A DNA stretch of 64,000 nucleotides from a virus. The notes below the pieces were generated by a model that saw only the letters and a program-made list of their open reading frames with translations, made no database searches and was not told where the DNA came from. The stretch is taken from IMG/VR virus record IMGVR_UViG_3300042397_001844, positions 1 through 64,000 of that record. The stretch is one strand, 5' to 3'. The first letter of the stretch is position 1. Each line of letters starts with the position of its first letter. Position numbers and translations under genes: made by a program. Below are positions 29,901-39,007 of this stretch, piece by piece.

Positions 29901-30993
29901 TTTTTCCGTTTTCAGTTATTTTAATTTCATCAACTATGTTTATCTTAGTTGGTACTTCGTAATCGTTCAATATTTTTTTAATATCTGATTTAATATCTAC
30001 CACATTTTTAGAATATTGAGATTTTATTACAACATCACATACAATTATAGTTCCAAGTATAGAATTACTTTTTGAATACACATTACATAACTTAATATAT
30101 TCTATACCACCAATTACATTTTCAATATAAATTGGATTTACCTGATAACCACCTATGTTTAATAAACTACCTTCTCTACCAACTATTTTAAATTTATCAT
30201 CGCCAACCATTTCAATTAAATCACCCGTATCATACCAATCCCCATCTATCTTTATATCATTTGATTTACCTACTAAACTTATATTAACTTTTAATTTACC
30301 ATCAGATAAATTTATTAATGATTTATATTTTTCAGGTATTATAAAGCTATCTCCATCAGTTGCAAATAAAGAACTAAGTTCAGTAGATGCATATATGTTT
30401 TTTACTTTAGCATTTGGAAATCTTTTTTTAATTTCAGATTGTAATTCTACAGTAGAACCCTCTCCGCCAAATGATATTTGCTTTACATTTGAATAATCAA
30501 TACCTTCCGATGTAAGTAATTTATAAAATGTAGGAGTTGCTGATATATGGCTGATTTCGTATTTTATAATTCTATCAGATGCTTCCTTAAAGTCACATTT
30601 AAATAAATTTACTAAAGTATTACCATTTAAAAGTGCCTGCAACAATACTTGATAACCTGCCATTTTATTTGGATTATAAGTAAATGCCCATATATCGTTA
30701 AATCTATTTTCTGATATTTTTATGTTTCTTGTTATAGATTCAAATGTATGAGTTATTGTTTTAGGAAAGCCTGTTGTTCCAGAAGTTTCCAATACTATAT
30801 TTTTATTTTTACTTTTTAAAGCGTCAATTAATTCAGAGTAGTTTAATACATTTCCATCTAATAGATTTTTTATCTTATCAACTATTAATGATTGAAATTC
30901 TGACAAATTTACTTCAATAGATTTGTTATTTACTAACAGAATCAAATCATTATAAGTTATAATTTCAGTATCTATCAAAAATGGCTTATGCAT
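29887..30993 (-). CDS. AMP-dependent acyl ligase (ANL family)
   Basis: TSGTTGFPK, YASTE, TGDL, GR, EVP, ENGKI. Confidence 0.88.
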   Translation of the reverse strand: MHKPFLIDTEIITYNDLILLVNNKSIEVNLSEFQSLIVDKIKNLLDGNVLNYSELIDALKSKNKNIVLETSGTTGFPKTITHTFESITRNIKISENRFNDIWAFTYNPNKMAGYQVLLQALLNGNTLVNLFKCDFKEASDRIIKYEISHISATPTFYKLLTSEGIDYSNVKQISFGGEGSTVELQSEIKKRFPNAKVKNIYASTELSSLFATDGDSFIIPEKYKSLINLSDGKLKVNISLVGKSNDIKIDGDWYDTGDLIEMVGDDKFKIVGREGSLLNIGGYQVNPIYIENVIGGIEYIKLCNVYSKSNSILGTIIVCDVVIKSQYSKNVVDIKSDIKKILNDYEVPTKINIVDEIKITENGKIERK

Positions 30994-31204
30994 TCAATTT
31001 CTTTTTAATATCACCAATTGTAAAAACAAGACTATCTTTAAAAATATCTATATTATACACTTCTTCAATTTCAACAGTCAATTCAGCTAACATAAAACTA
31101 TCATAACCAATATCATTTTTTAAATTCATATCATCAGTTATTTCTAAAACTTTAGAATATCCATTATTCTCTAATACCTTATTTACTATCTCTAACAATT
31201 CCAT
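30986..31204 (-). CDS. acyl carrier protein
   Basis: 72 aa, acidic, DIGYDSFMLAEL phosphopantetheine site. Confidence 0.85.
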   Translation of the reverse strand: MELLEIVNKVLENNGYSKVLEITDDMNLKNDIGYDSFMLAELTVEIEEVYNIDIFKDSLVFTIGDIKKKLNA

Positions 31205-31205
31205 A

Positions 31206-31838
31206 TTATTCTATTACTTTATTATTTTTAAAAACAGTAAATTCAGTTAAATCTCTATAACCATTTAATTCACCTTGGTCTGAATTGTGTATTGCTAAGT
31301 TTTGAAACATTGCCAATCCATGTGCTGCTTGTTGTGGAGTCATATACATATTCCATCCTAAGAATGTAATATCATCATCTTTATAATATTTCTCACTTCT
31401 ACCTTCATAACGAGCTTTTTTAAACCAATCAGCTGCTTCAGCGTTATCAGTTAAAATCATACCACCTTTCCAAATTGGAAGAATCTTTTTAATATGAAAT
31501 GATAATCCCATAAATTGACCTGGCATATACATATCCTTTGTTAATCTCTTAGCCGCATCCCAAATTGGATATGGTTTCAATTGATATGCACCTACCCAAT
31601 GGTTTGTTTCAGGTCTTTTATCAAAGATAACTTCACCACCCGCATGTATAATTGATTGTGGTACTGAAAGGTAAGTTTTAGATGGGATGGTTACCTCTTT
31701 AACTTCATTATATTTACAAATTAAGAATAGTGCATTAGTGCAACTATCAACTGAAATAGCATATGGTGCTCCCGTATAAGCTGCTATTTCTTCTTCGAAC
31801 ATTCGTACTACTTTGTACGGGTTGTGTAACATTGGCAT
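31206..31838 (-). CDS. compact DegT/DnrJ-family sugar aminotransferase
   Basis: FEEEIAAYTGAPYAISVDSCTNAL, DAA, SFHIKK..GGMILT; only 210 aa. Confidence 0.8.
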   Translation of the reverse strand: MPMLHNPYKVVRMFEEEIAAYTGAPYAISVDSCTNALFLICKYNEVKEVTIPSKTYLSVPQSIIHAGGEVIFDKRPETNHWVGAYQLKPYPIWDAAKRLTKDMYMPGQFMGLSFHIKKILPIWKGGMILTDNAEAADWFKKARYEGRSEKYYKDDDITFLGWNMYMTPQQAAHGLAMFQNLAIHNSDQGELNGYRDLTEFTVFKNNKVIE

Positions 31839-31840
31839 AA

Positions 31841-32071
31841 TTAATCTTTTTTGGTTTCGTCTTGTCCTATTATTTCAATACAAAGTATATTCTTATCATT
31901 AACCATTACCAATCTACCATCGCTTGTTTCAAACTTTGTAAATTGACCTTGCTTAATTGAATATGAATCAACTCCCTCAAAAGTTCGTTTTTCTCCATTA
32001 ATGAAGTGAAGTATTTGAGAAACATATCTTCCTTTTTTTGTTATTGATGATTTTAAATTTGGGTTTGTCAT
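31841..32071 (-). CDS. hypothetical protein
   Basis: 76-aa ORF tightly packed in operon. Confidence 0.6.
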   Translation of the reverse strand: MTNPNLKSSITKKGRYVSQILHFINGEKRTFEGVDSYSIKQGQFTKFETSDGRLVMVNDKNILCIEIIGQDETKKD

Positions 32072-32083
32072 TTTTTTATTTTA

Positions 32084-32863
32084 TTAATTCCATATACATA
32101 TTTTTTGTATATCCTGTCCACCTGTGTAATTCCAAAATGCTTTTAGATAACCTCTTTCAGTTGGCATGTTCATCATCGGAGTAAGGCACGTTCCAATATC
32201 AATATAGGAATTATTGGGAAAATCTCTGAATAATTCATATACTGCCAAATTTGTGAACGTTGAAGCTGAAAATAAGAATACGTGATTTGTGATGTTATTT
32301 TCTTTAATCCACTGTCTAATAATTTCAATTTTATCATAATCATTTATAAATGCGTTATATCCCACTCTAAAATCTTTTTTAATGAATGGTAGTTTAGATG
32401 TATCTGCTTTTTCATGTCCAACGAATACACAATCTTTACTATAAAAAATTGGAAGTGTATTCATTATAAATGCTGGGTAATTTCCATTAACCCATAAGTT
32501 TGCCCATGTTAAACTATCATCATCTCCACCATGCAAATCAATTTGCCAATCGAAGTTTTCTTTACCAACACAACAACTACAACTAATACCTTTGTAATAG
32601 TTTGATTGTCTATGTTTATAAGCCTCCACTAATTTTTTTTGAAATAATTGGTGTTGATTTGGGTCAAAGTGCTTAAAATCTAATGGTTGATAAAATCCAG
32701 ATTGCTTATGTTCTCCAATTTGAATTAAACCTTGGTCTAATTTTGATTCTTTATTTTGAAGAATGTACATTTCACCATCAGAATATCTAGCGAATGCAAA
32801 GTGTACATCGTTACGAATCATATCCGTAAACTTAGCAAAGTGTTCTCTAAAGTTTTTCTGCAT
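32084..32863 (-). CDS. GT-D fold (DUF1792-like) glycosyltransferase
   Basis: FARYSDGE (cf. RFGDGE) and LAVYEL..YIDIG. Confidence 0.65.
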   Translation of the reverse strand: MQKNFREHFAKFTDMIRNDVHFAFARYSDGEMYILQNKESKLDQGLIQIGEHKQSGFYQPLDFKHFDPNQHQLFQKKLVEAYKHRQSNYYKGISCSCCVGKENFDWQIDLHGGDDDSLTWANLWVNGNYPAFIMNTLPIFYSKDCVFVGHEKADTSKLPFIKKDFRVGYNAFINDYDKIEIIRQWIKENNITNHVFLFSASTFTNLAVYELFRDFPNNSYIDIGTCLTPMMNMPTERGYLKAFWNYTGGQDIQKICIWN

Positions 32864-33848
32864 CTAATATTTTTTTAATTTGTTTTGCTGCATACCCATC
32901 TCCATACGGACAAGGTTTACAAATATACGAATTTTTTTCCAAAGTAACAAATAAATCTTTTAATTTATCAGTAGTTTTACAAAGATGCAAATGCCCAGTA
33001 TAAATTGCTTCAGGTCTTTCCGTTACTTCTCTACATACAATTACCTTCTTATTAAGAAAAGATGCTTCTTCCTGTATCCCACCACTATCACTTATTACTA
33101 ACTTACATTCCAATAGGATAGCTATTAGTTCATCATGTGAAAGTGGTTCTACTATTTTAACGTTTGTTAGTAAGTTTCTATGAATTTGTACATTTGGATT
33201 TGGATGTATTGGTAATATAAATTCTAACTCTGGGTATTGTATTGCCAAATCATTTACTTCTTTAAACCACTCATGCATTATAGGATGATTCTCTCTACGA
33301 TGTAATGTAACCAATACTTTGTTTCCGTAAGTTGGCGTAGGTAAATCAACTAAGTTATCTAGCACAGTGTTACCAACTAACCAAGTATCACCTAAAGATT
33401 TTTCTTCAAATAGATTAACCATTGCCGTTTGAGTTGGTGCAAAATTTACATCGGAAATACGAGCTATCATTTGTCTGTAACCTTCCTCAGGAAAGGGGTG
33501 TTTTAGACTCTTACTTCGAAGGCCTGCTTCTAAGTAGTATATTCTCATTCCTCTATGATATGCTCCTAAAGCACATGCAAATGCTGATGCCGTATCACCT
33601 TGAACCATAACACCTCTAAACTCACCTTCCGGTAAATCTAAACATCCTTTTACAACTTCATCTAATCTATTAGAACCTTCTTTGATAGTTGCTTTATAAT
33701 CAACATCAACTTCTTTAAGTAAATCTTCATGCTGACCTGTAAAGAATAATTTATACTCACTACGGTCCATTATTTTAATTAAAGGCTTTATCTTTAGCCA
33801 TTCCGGTCTAGTTCCGAAACATATTAATATGGGTAATTTATTTTTCAT
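32847..33848 (-). CDS. wecB: UDP-N-acetylglucosamine 2-epimerase (non-hydrolysing)
   Basis: GTRPE, TGQH, QGDT, EAGLRS, FPEE, TLHRREN, DSGGIQEEA, TERPE. Confidence 0.93.
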   Translation of the reverse strand: MKNKLPILICFGTRPEWLKIKPLIKIMDRSEYKLFFTGQHEDLLKEVDVDYKATIKEGSNRLDEVVKGCLDLPEGEFRGVMVQGDTASAFACALGAYHRGMRIYYLEAGLRSKSLKHPFPEEGYRQMIARISDVNFAPTQTAMVNLFEEKSLGDTWLVGNTVLDNLVDLPTPTYGNKVLVTLHRRENHPIMHEWFKEVNDLAIQYPELEFILPIHPNPNVQIHRNLLTNVKIVEPLSHDELIAILLECKLVISDSGGIQEEASFLNKKVIVCREVTERPEAIYTGHLHLCKTTDKLKDLFVTLEKNSYICKPCPYGDGYAAKQIKKILDAEKL

Positions 33849-34608
33849 TTACTAATTTCCAACCTTTTTGTCTTTGTTCGTTAAAATATTGATTCATTAA
33901 TTGTTTGAATGGTACACCTTCTACACTTCTTTGATTTGATTCCCACAGTGAATTAGCATCGCCACCATAAGTTGCACCCTTAGTACTTCCCCACATTTCC
34001 ATATCAGAACGAGGATGAGGTGGTACATAAGTTTTAATACCAGCATACTTTTGTAACATATAGGAGAAGTGCATATCTTCACCACAGGTATTATATTTAG
34101 GGTCTGGTAATTCTCTAACCATAATAGGTAACCATTCTTTTTTAAAGAACCAACTATGCCCCACTAAATCAACTTCTACAGTCCTATCATTGTTACCTTG
34201 GTCAGGCCATCCGAATCTTAAGTAGTGTTCGTAGTATGAAGATTGTTGCGGAGGTAATGGATTCAAATACATCAATCCTACCGTTCCCAATAAACCTTCC
34301 TTCTCATTCATTGTGTTCATACAATTCTCTAACCATTTCTTACCAGGAATCGTATCATCATCAAATACACACACATAGGGATTCTTAGCGTTCATAGCAA
34401 AATAGAATCTTGCCCACACTCCGAAGTTGTAATTACAATAGGCAACAGGAACTTCCGTACCAATATCGTAATTAATCAAATCGTTATCGCCGGGGTTATT
34501 GTACCATACTAATATCTCATCCGGCGGTAATGTTTGATTTTTCAGAGCTTCTATTTGTTCATTTAGATTATCTCCTCTTTTGTAACCATTTAATATAACT
34601 GTTATCAT
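33838..34608 (-). CDS. GT-A glycosyltransferase
   Basis: VILNGYKR, VFDDD, GEDMHFS. Confidence 0.8.
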   Translation of the reverse strand: MITVILNGYKRGDNLNEQIEALKNQTLPPDEILVWYNNPGDNDLINYDIGTEVPVAYCNYNFGVWARFYFAMNAKNPYVCVFDDDTIPGKKWLENCMNTMNEKEGLLGTVGLMYLNPLPPQQSSYYEHYLRFGWPDQGNNDRTVEVDLVGHSWFFKKEWLPIMVRELPDPKYNTCGEDMHFSYMLQKYAGIKTYVPPHPRSDMEMWGSTKGATYGGDANSLWESNQRSVEGVPFKQLMNQYFNEQRQKGWKLVNEK

Positions 34609-35609
34609 TGTAAATAATTTTTAATTCGTTCTATCCAAACTTCTTGCGAAAAAAGTTCTTTATAATTTTCTTTTGCTGTCTTAGAGCATTTATCATAAAA
34701 CTCTTTATCTTCTCTTAACATAGTTGCCATCTCTCTTGCACTTTCCAAATCATTAACCATTACTGATGTATATGGGTGACATAACATTTGAGTATCTACA
34801 TCCATATTTCCAATACAAGGAATTCCAAAATATGCACAATTCAACGCAAATGTACCAGCTGCCACCGTTGGCATCATATGAACTGCATATTTGAATGTTG
34901 ATAAATTTTGCATCCATTCACTCCACATCATACGAGGTAAGTGATTTAAATTATCCACACTACCTTCATTCTCTCTCATAGCATGTGATGTTTGTGCCCA
35001 AATAGGAACTTCAAAATTGTTAGCTATAATGTAACTTTCAAATCCACCATACCATCTTGCAAAGTTACCACCTATAATTGCTTTATCTTCTTTTGTAGGT
35101 ACTATATCTTTGATTAGAGTATCAATCATCAATGTACCGATAGGTTGGATTGTTTTGTTAGGAAATAACCCCTTATAATACATTACATCGGAATCATTGT
35201 GAGTAAAGATTGAATCACATGATTGTAAAAAATTGAAGAAGTAAATTTGGTCTGCTATCTCATAATCGTTATACCACCAATGAGGTCCTTCTTGAATATA
35301 GTGAACCGAAGTATTACCTTTTTCTTTTATTCTACCAACAATATCTTGCTGAAGTAATTCTGAAAATGGATTAACTCCGTTTACCAATCTACTTCCTTCC
35401 GAACTTAAGAATGTTTTACCTTTTGGAAATATAACAAAGACATGGTCATAACCTGTCAAATTTTTATCTGCACCAAACAAATGAATATTAAAATGGTCAG
35501 CATCTAAAGCATGCATCCAAGCAAACTCCGTTCTCATATTTGGATGATTGGCTGGAACTTTCCCAACGAATCCCATTTCAGTAAGGAAAGCTATCTTAGA
35601 TTGTATCAT
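34605..35609 (-). CDS. putative GT-B glycosyltransferase
   Basis: C-terminal AAGTFALNCAYFGIPCIG; cluster context. Confidence 0.6.
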   Translation of the reverse strand: MIQSKIAFLTEMGFVGKVPANHPNMRTEFAWMHALDADHFNIHLFGADKNLTGYDHVFVIFPKGKTFLSSEGSRLVNGVNPFSELLQQDIVGRIKEKGNTSVHYIQEGPHWWYNDYEIADQIYFFNFLQSCDSIFTHNDSDVMYYKGLFPNKTIQPIGTLMIDTLIKDIVPTKEDKAIIGGNFARWYGGFESYIIANNFEVPIWAQTSHAMRENEGSVDNLNHLPRMMWSEWMQNLSTFKYAVHMMPTVAAGTFALNCAYFGIPCIGNMDVDTQMLCHPYTSVMVNDLESAREMATMLREDKEFYDKCSKTAKENYKELFSQEVWIERIKNYLQ

Positions 35610-36228
35610 AATAAGCGTTTTGTTTTTCTTGCCTATCTATTTGTTTATGATGATATAAACAATATATTTCTTCGTTTGGTAATATTGATAATGTATTATA
35701 TCCAACAATTCTTTCATGCACTTTACCAACCCATTCAATTTCAGATGTTCTACGATATATACGAGTTTGATAATCAGGAAAATTAACCCAACCGTTATCA
35801 TTTACATTCCACTTCCATTTTTTAATATGTGTTTTAGTTAAACCTTCAACGGTGTTAATTCTAGGAACAAAGAATAAATCAACATCTTTATTAAATTCAA
35901 TAAATTCTGATAAGTTTTCTACCAAATATTCTGATGGTATTTCATCTGCATCAATTTGAAAAATGAATATTCCGTTTGCATTATTCTTTATATTATTTTT
36001 AAATGATGCAAAATCATTATTAAGAGGATATCCAATTACTTTGATTGTATTTGTATGTAACTGTGATAAAATGGTTAAATAACTTTTAATAGGGTCTGTA
36101 ACCGATTCTTCATCATATTGAATTAAAATCTCATCATCCTTTTTAATTCTATCCTTTAGGAAGTCTACTAATTTTGTAATTTCTTCCAATTCATTGCAAA
36201 CAGTAATTGCGTAAGTAATATTAATCAT
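35596..36228 (-). CDS. GT2-family glycosyltransferase
   Basis: YAITVCNE, IDADE, DYQTRI, VHERI; start placed at ATG 36228, downstream of the promoter. Confidence 0.85.
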   Translation of the reverse strand: MINITYAITVCNELEEITKLVDFLKDRIKKDDEILIQYDEESVTDPIKSYLTILSQLHTNTIKVIGYPLNNDFASFKNNIKNNANGIFIFQIDADEIPSEYLVENLSEFIEFNKDVDLFFVPRINTVEGLTKTHIKKWKWNVNDNGWVNFPDYQTRIYRRTSEIEWVGKVHERIVGYNTLSILPNEEIYCLYHHKQIDRQEKQNAYYDTI

Positions 36229-36246
36229 AGTATTTTTATTTGAATA

Positions 36247-36278
36247 CAAATATACGAAAATTATATGAGATTAACAAA
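36247..36278 (-). promoter_or_regulatory. Bacteroidota-type promoter heading the glycan operon
   Basis: minus strand TTTG-N20-TATATTTG. Confidence 0.75.
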
Positions 36279-36333
36279 TATATCTTTGTATATGTATATA
36301 TAGATATAAATATACAATTTTCAAGTAAAGCAC

Positions 36334-36368
36334 AAAAAAATGGGTAACTTTTTTAAGATTACCCATTT
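36334..36368 (-). terminator. intrinsic terminator
   Basis: minus strand AAATGGGTAA..TTACCCATTT stem running into a T tract, after 36387..38468. Confidence 0.75.
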
Positions 36369-36386
36369 ATATTTTATTAAATCCTA

Positions 36387-38468
36387 TTAATACGTTGTAT
36401 TAACAGTTATCCAAGTACTACCATTATGGAACATTAACCAAGATTGTCCAGCTGAGCCAGATGAGTATAACATACCAGCCTGCCCAGTTGGTGCGAATTG
36501 ATTTGGTATTAAATGAATTCCAGAATACAAAGCAATAGAACCACTAACCGTTAATATTTTTTGAGTTGGTTCAAATCTTAAATCAGCTTCAACAGCACCT
36601 GCCGTTGTTACATTATTATATGTTATTATACCATCATTAGTAGTTCCTGTTAAAGTTAAAAATCCACTCACACCACTTGTACCACTTGTACCACTCACAC
36701 CACTTGAACCACCACCACCTGTCAATCCAGCTGAACCATTTGTACCAGAAGTACCGTTTGAACCAGAAGTACCATTTGTACCTTCTACCCCACTTACTCC
36801 AGAAGTTCCCGATGTACCTGAAGTTCCATTAGAACCATTAGAACCAAATCCATTACTTCCACTTATTCCACTTGTACCAGATGTACCATCCGTTCCAATT
36901 CCATCATTTCCAGAAGTTCCCGATGTACCACCTGGCCCTTGCGTTCCACTAGTACCCGATGAACCATTTGAACCAGCAGCGGATGAAATACCCGATGAAC
37001 CATTTGTACCAGAAGTTCCACTACTACCAGGAATACCATTAAATCCACTCACACCAGATGTTCCAGATGTACCACCACCACCGCCGCCTGTTATAGTAAC
37101 TTGTGCTGTTGAATTACCCAAATCAGTAACAGTTGCTCCAGTAAATGTTAATATAGAAACATTAGATACACTATTAGGATTTGAATCCTCAACAGTTAAT
37201 TTTAAAGAAGATGTTGGTGTCTGAGAATTACTTCTTCCACCCACGGCACCTACCCAAACATATCCTTGTCTTAAAGATGCTGTCATAGAACCTAATACAT
37301 CCAAAGAACCTGTTATTTGTATATTATTTGTAGTTGCTACAACAGAACCCGTTGCTCTAAATATACCATCAGTTGTTGCAGTTCCCCCACCACTTCCAAA
37401 TGATGAAGTAGCTACTAAAGATGTTATATTATTAGGTCCACCTACCCAAGCATAACCTTCTCTCAAAGATGCAGTTAATGTTGAACTAATATTTAACGAA
37501 CCAGTTATGCGTTGATTACCATAAAAAGTATTTGCAGATGATGTTTGTGCAAATAAATTATAGTTTTGTATTTGTGTAGATGAACTTACAATTGCTGCCC
37601 CTTTTAAAGATGCAGTATATGCCAATACATTATTTATTAAAGTTGTATCGATGGATGTTCCAGATGAACCACTTATTCCTGATGTACCACTTGTACCGCT
37701 ACTTCCACTTACTCCAGATGTACCACTTGTACCGCTACTTCCACTTACTCCAGAAGTTCCCGAAGTTCCAAAATTTGTACCATCTAATCCGCTTGTACCA
37801 CTTGTACCACTTGTACCAGAAGTTCCGCTTATACCAGATGTACCAGATGTTCCCGAAGTTCCAGAAGAACCAGAAGTTCCTGATGAACCACTTATTCCAC
37901 TTGTACCGCTTGTACCAGAAGTTCCTGATGTACCTGATGTACCACTACTACCAGAAGTACCCGAAGTACCACTACTACCAGATGTACCACTACTACCAGC
38001 TTGTCCCGTAGCACCTGCTGTATTTATAAACCAAGATGTAAATGGTCCTCCACTACCAACAACAGAACCAACATTAACAACAAATTGACCCGTACCACTA
38101 TTATATGATGTAACGGTAGCTGTCATATAATTGCTACCATCTTTAGATATAATTGTTTGTTGACCAGGTGTCCAAGAAAGACCCGTACCTATTGTGAAGG
38201 TTTTAGCTCCAATTGTTATTGATTCCGATGTTGATGAAATTGATGTGAATAAATCACCTTTTACGCCGGATGTTCCAGATGAACCAGACGAACCACCACT
38301 TCCAGCCGTACCATTTGTACCATTAATTCCAGAAGTACCAGCAAGACCTGATGTTCCACTTGTACCATTAGTACCTGCACTTATTATACCTTCTAAGTAT
38401 GTAAGATTATCATCCATCTCCACTGCGGTAAGTGGAGAACCCTTTGATAGACGTTTAGTTAATGCCAT
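36387..38468 (-). CDS. fibre-like structural protein with (Gly-Thr/Ser-Ser)n collagen-like repeats
   Basis: N-terminal KGSPLTAVEMDDNL; long GTS/GSS triplet tracts. Confidence 0.75.
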   Translation of the reverse strand: MALTKRLSKGSPLTAVEMDDNLTYLEGIISAGTNGTSGTSGLAGTSGINGTNGTAGSGGSSGSSGTSGVKGDLFTSISSTSESITIGAKTFTIGTGLSWTPGQQTIISKDGSNYMTATVTSYNSGTGQFVVNVGSVVGSGGPFTSWFINTAGATGQAGSSGTSGSSGTSGTSGSSGTSGTSGTSGTSGTSGISGSSGTSGSSGTSGTSGTSGISGTSGTSGTSGTSGLDGTNFGTSGTSGVSGSSGTSGTSGVSGSSGTSGTSGISGSSGTSIDTTLINNVLAYTASLKGAAIVSSSTQIQNYNLFAQTSSANTFYGNQRITGSLNISSTLTASLREGYAWVGGPNNITSLVATSSFGSGGGTATTDGIFRATGSVVATTNNIQITGSLDVLGSMTASLRQGYVWVGAVGGRSNSQTPTSSLKLTVEDSNPNSVSNVSILTFTGATVTDLGNSTAQVTITGGGGGGTSGTSGVSGFNGIPGSSGTSGTNGSSGISSAAGSNGSSGTSGTQGPGGTSGTSGNDGIGTDGTSGTSGISGSNGFGSNGSNGTSGTSGTSGVSGVEGTNGTSGSNGTSGTNGSAGLTGGGGSSGVSGTSGTSGVSGFLTLTGTTNDGIITYNNVTTAGAVEADLRFEPTQKILTVSGSIALYSGIHLIPNQFAPTGQAGMLYSSGSAGQSWLMFHNGSTWITVNTTY
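37655..38005 (-). repeat. 9-nt (Gly-Thr/Ser-Ser) tandem repeat; further tracts near 36670-37075 and 38265-38375
   Basis: gtaccactt/gttccagaa-type units; boundaries approximate. Confidence 0.85.
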
Positions 38469-38539
38469 GACTTATATTTTCCTATTATAATTGTAATTGT
38501 TATAACAGTAAATATAATTAATTCCCAAAATAGAGAATT

Positions 38540-39007
38540 CTAGTAGTAAGATTTTAGAATATCAGGCTTAATTCTGATTTCTTGTATTTGTTTTATCCCA
38601 GATATGTTGTAAGTTCTATATGCGGATGGGTCTTTTTTATATATTGTATTGGATTTGACAAACTGATTAAATATTTTACTTCCCTGCCTATCGCATAATA
38701 TTAATAATTGTCCAAGCTTTTGTTCAGTAGCGAAATCGGCATCTGTTAAACCTTTTCTAAATATTGGTTTTAACCATTGAAAAAACTTTTCAGGTTTAAT
38801 ATCACTTATTTTTATACAAGTTAATTTTTTATCTGTTGTAATTCCAATAACAAATACAAATGCTGTTTTTGTACCTGATAATGTTTTTGTTGTACCATCT
38901 ACATATTCGTAGGATGTAATTTTATATATGTTACGAGGAAGAATCTGCGATTTACTCACAGATTCCTCACTCAATATTAATGGTTTATATTGTAATGAAA
39001 ATGCCAT
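38540..39007 (-). CDS. hypothetical protein
   Basis: 155-aa basic ORF, translationally coupled to the upstream gene. Confidence 0.6.
   Translation of the reverse strand: MAFSLQYKPLILSEESVSKSQILPRNIYKITSYEYVDGTTKTLSGTKTAFVFVIGITTDKKLTCIKISDIKPEKFFQWLKPIFRKGLTDADFATEQKLGQLLILCDRQGSKIFNQFVKSNTIYKKDPSAYRTYNISGIKQIQEIRIKPDILKSYY

Noticed and set aside
37580-38490. Plus-strand Pro/Val-rich ORFs
   Set aside because: Antisense shadows of the GTS repeats
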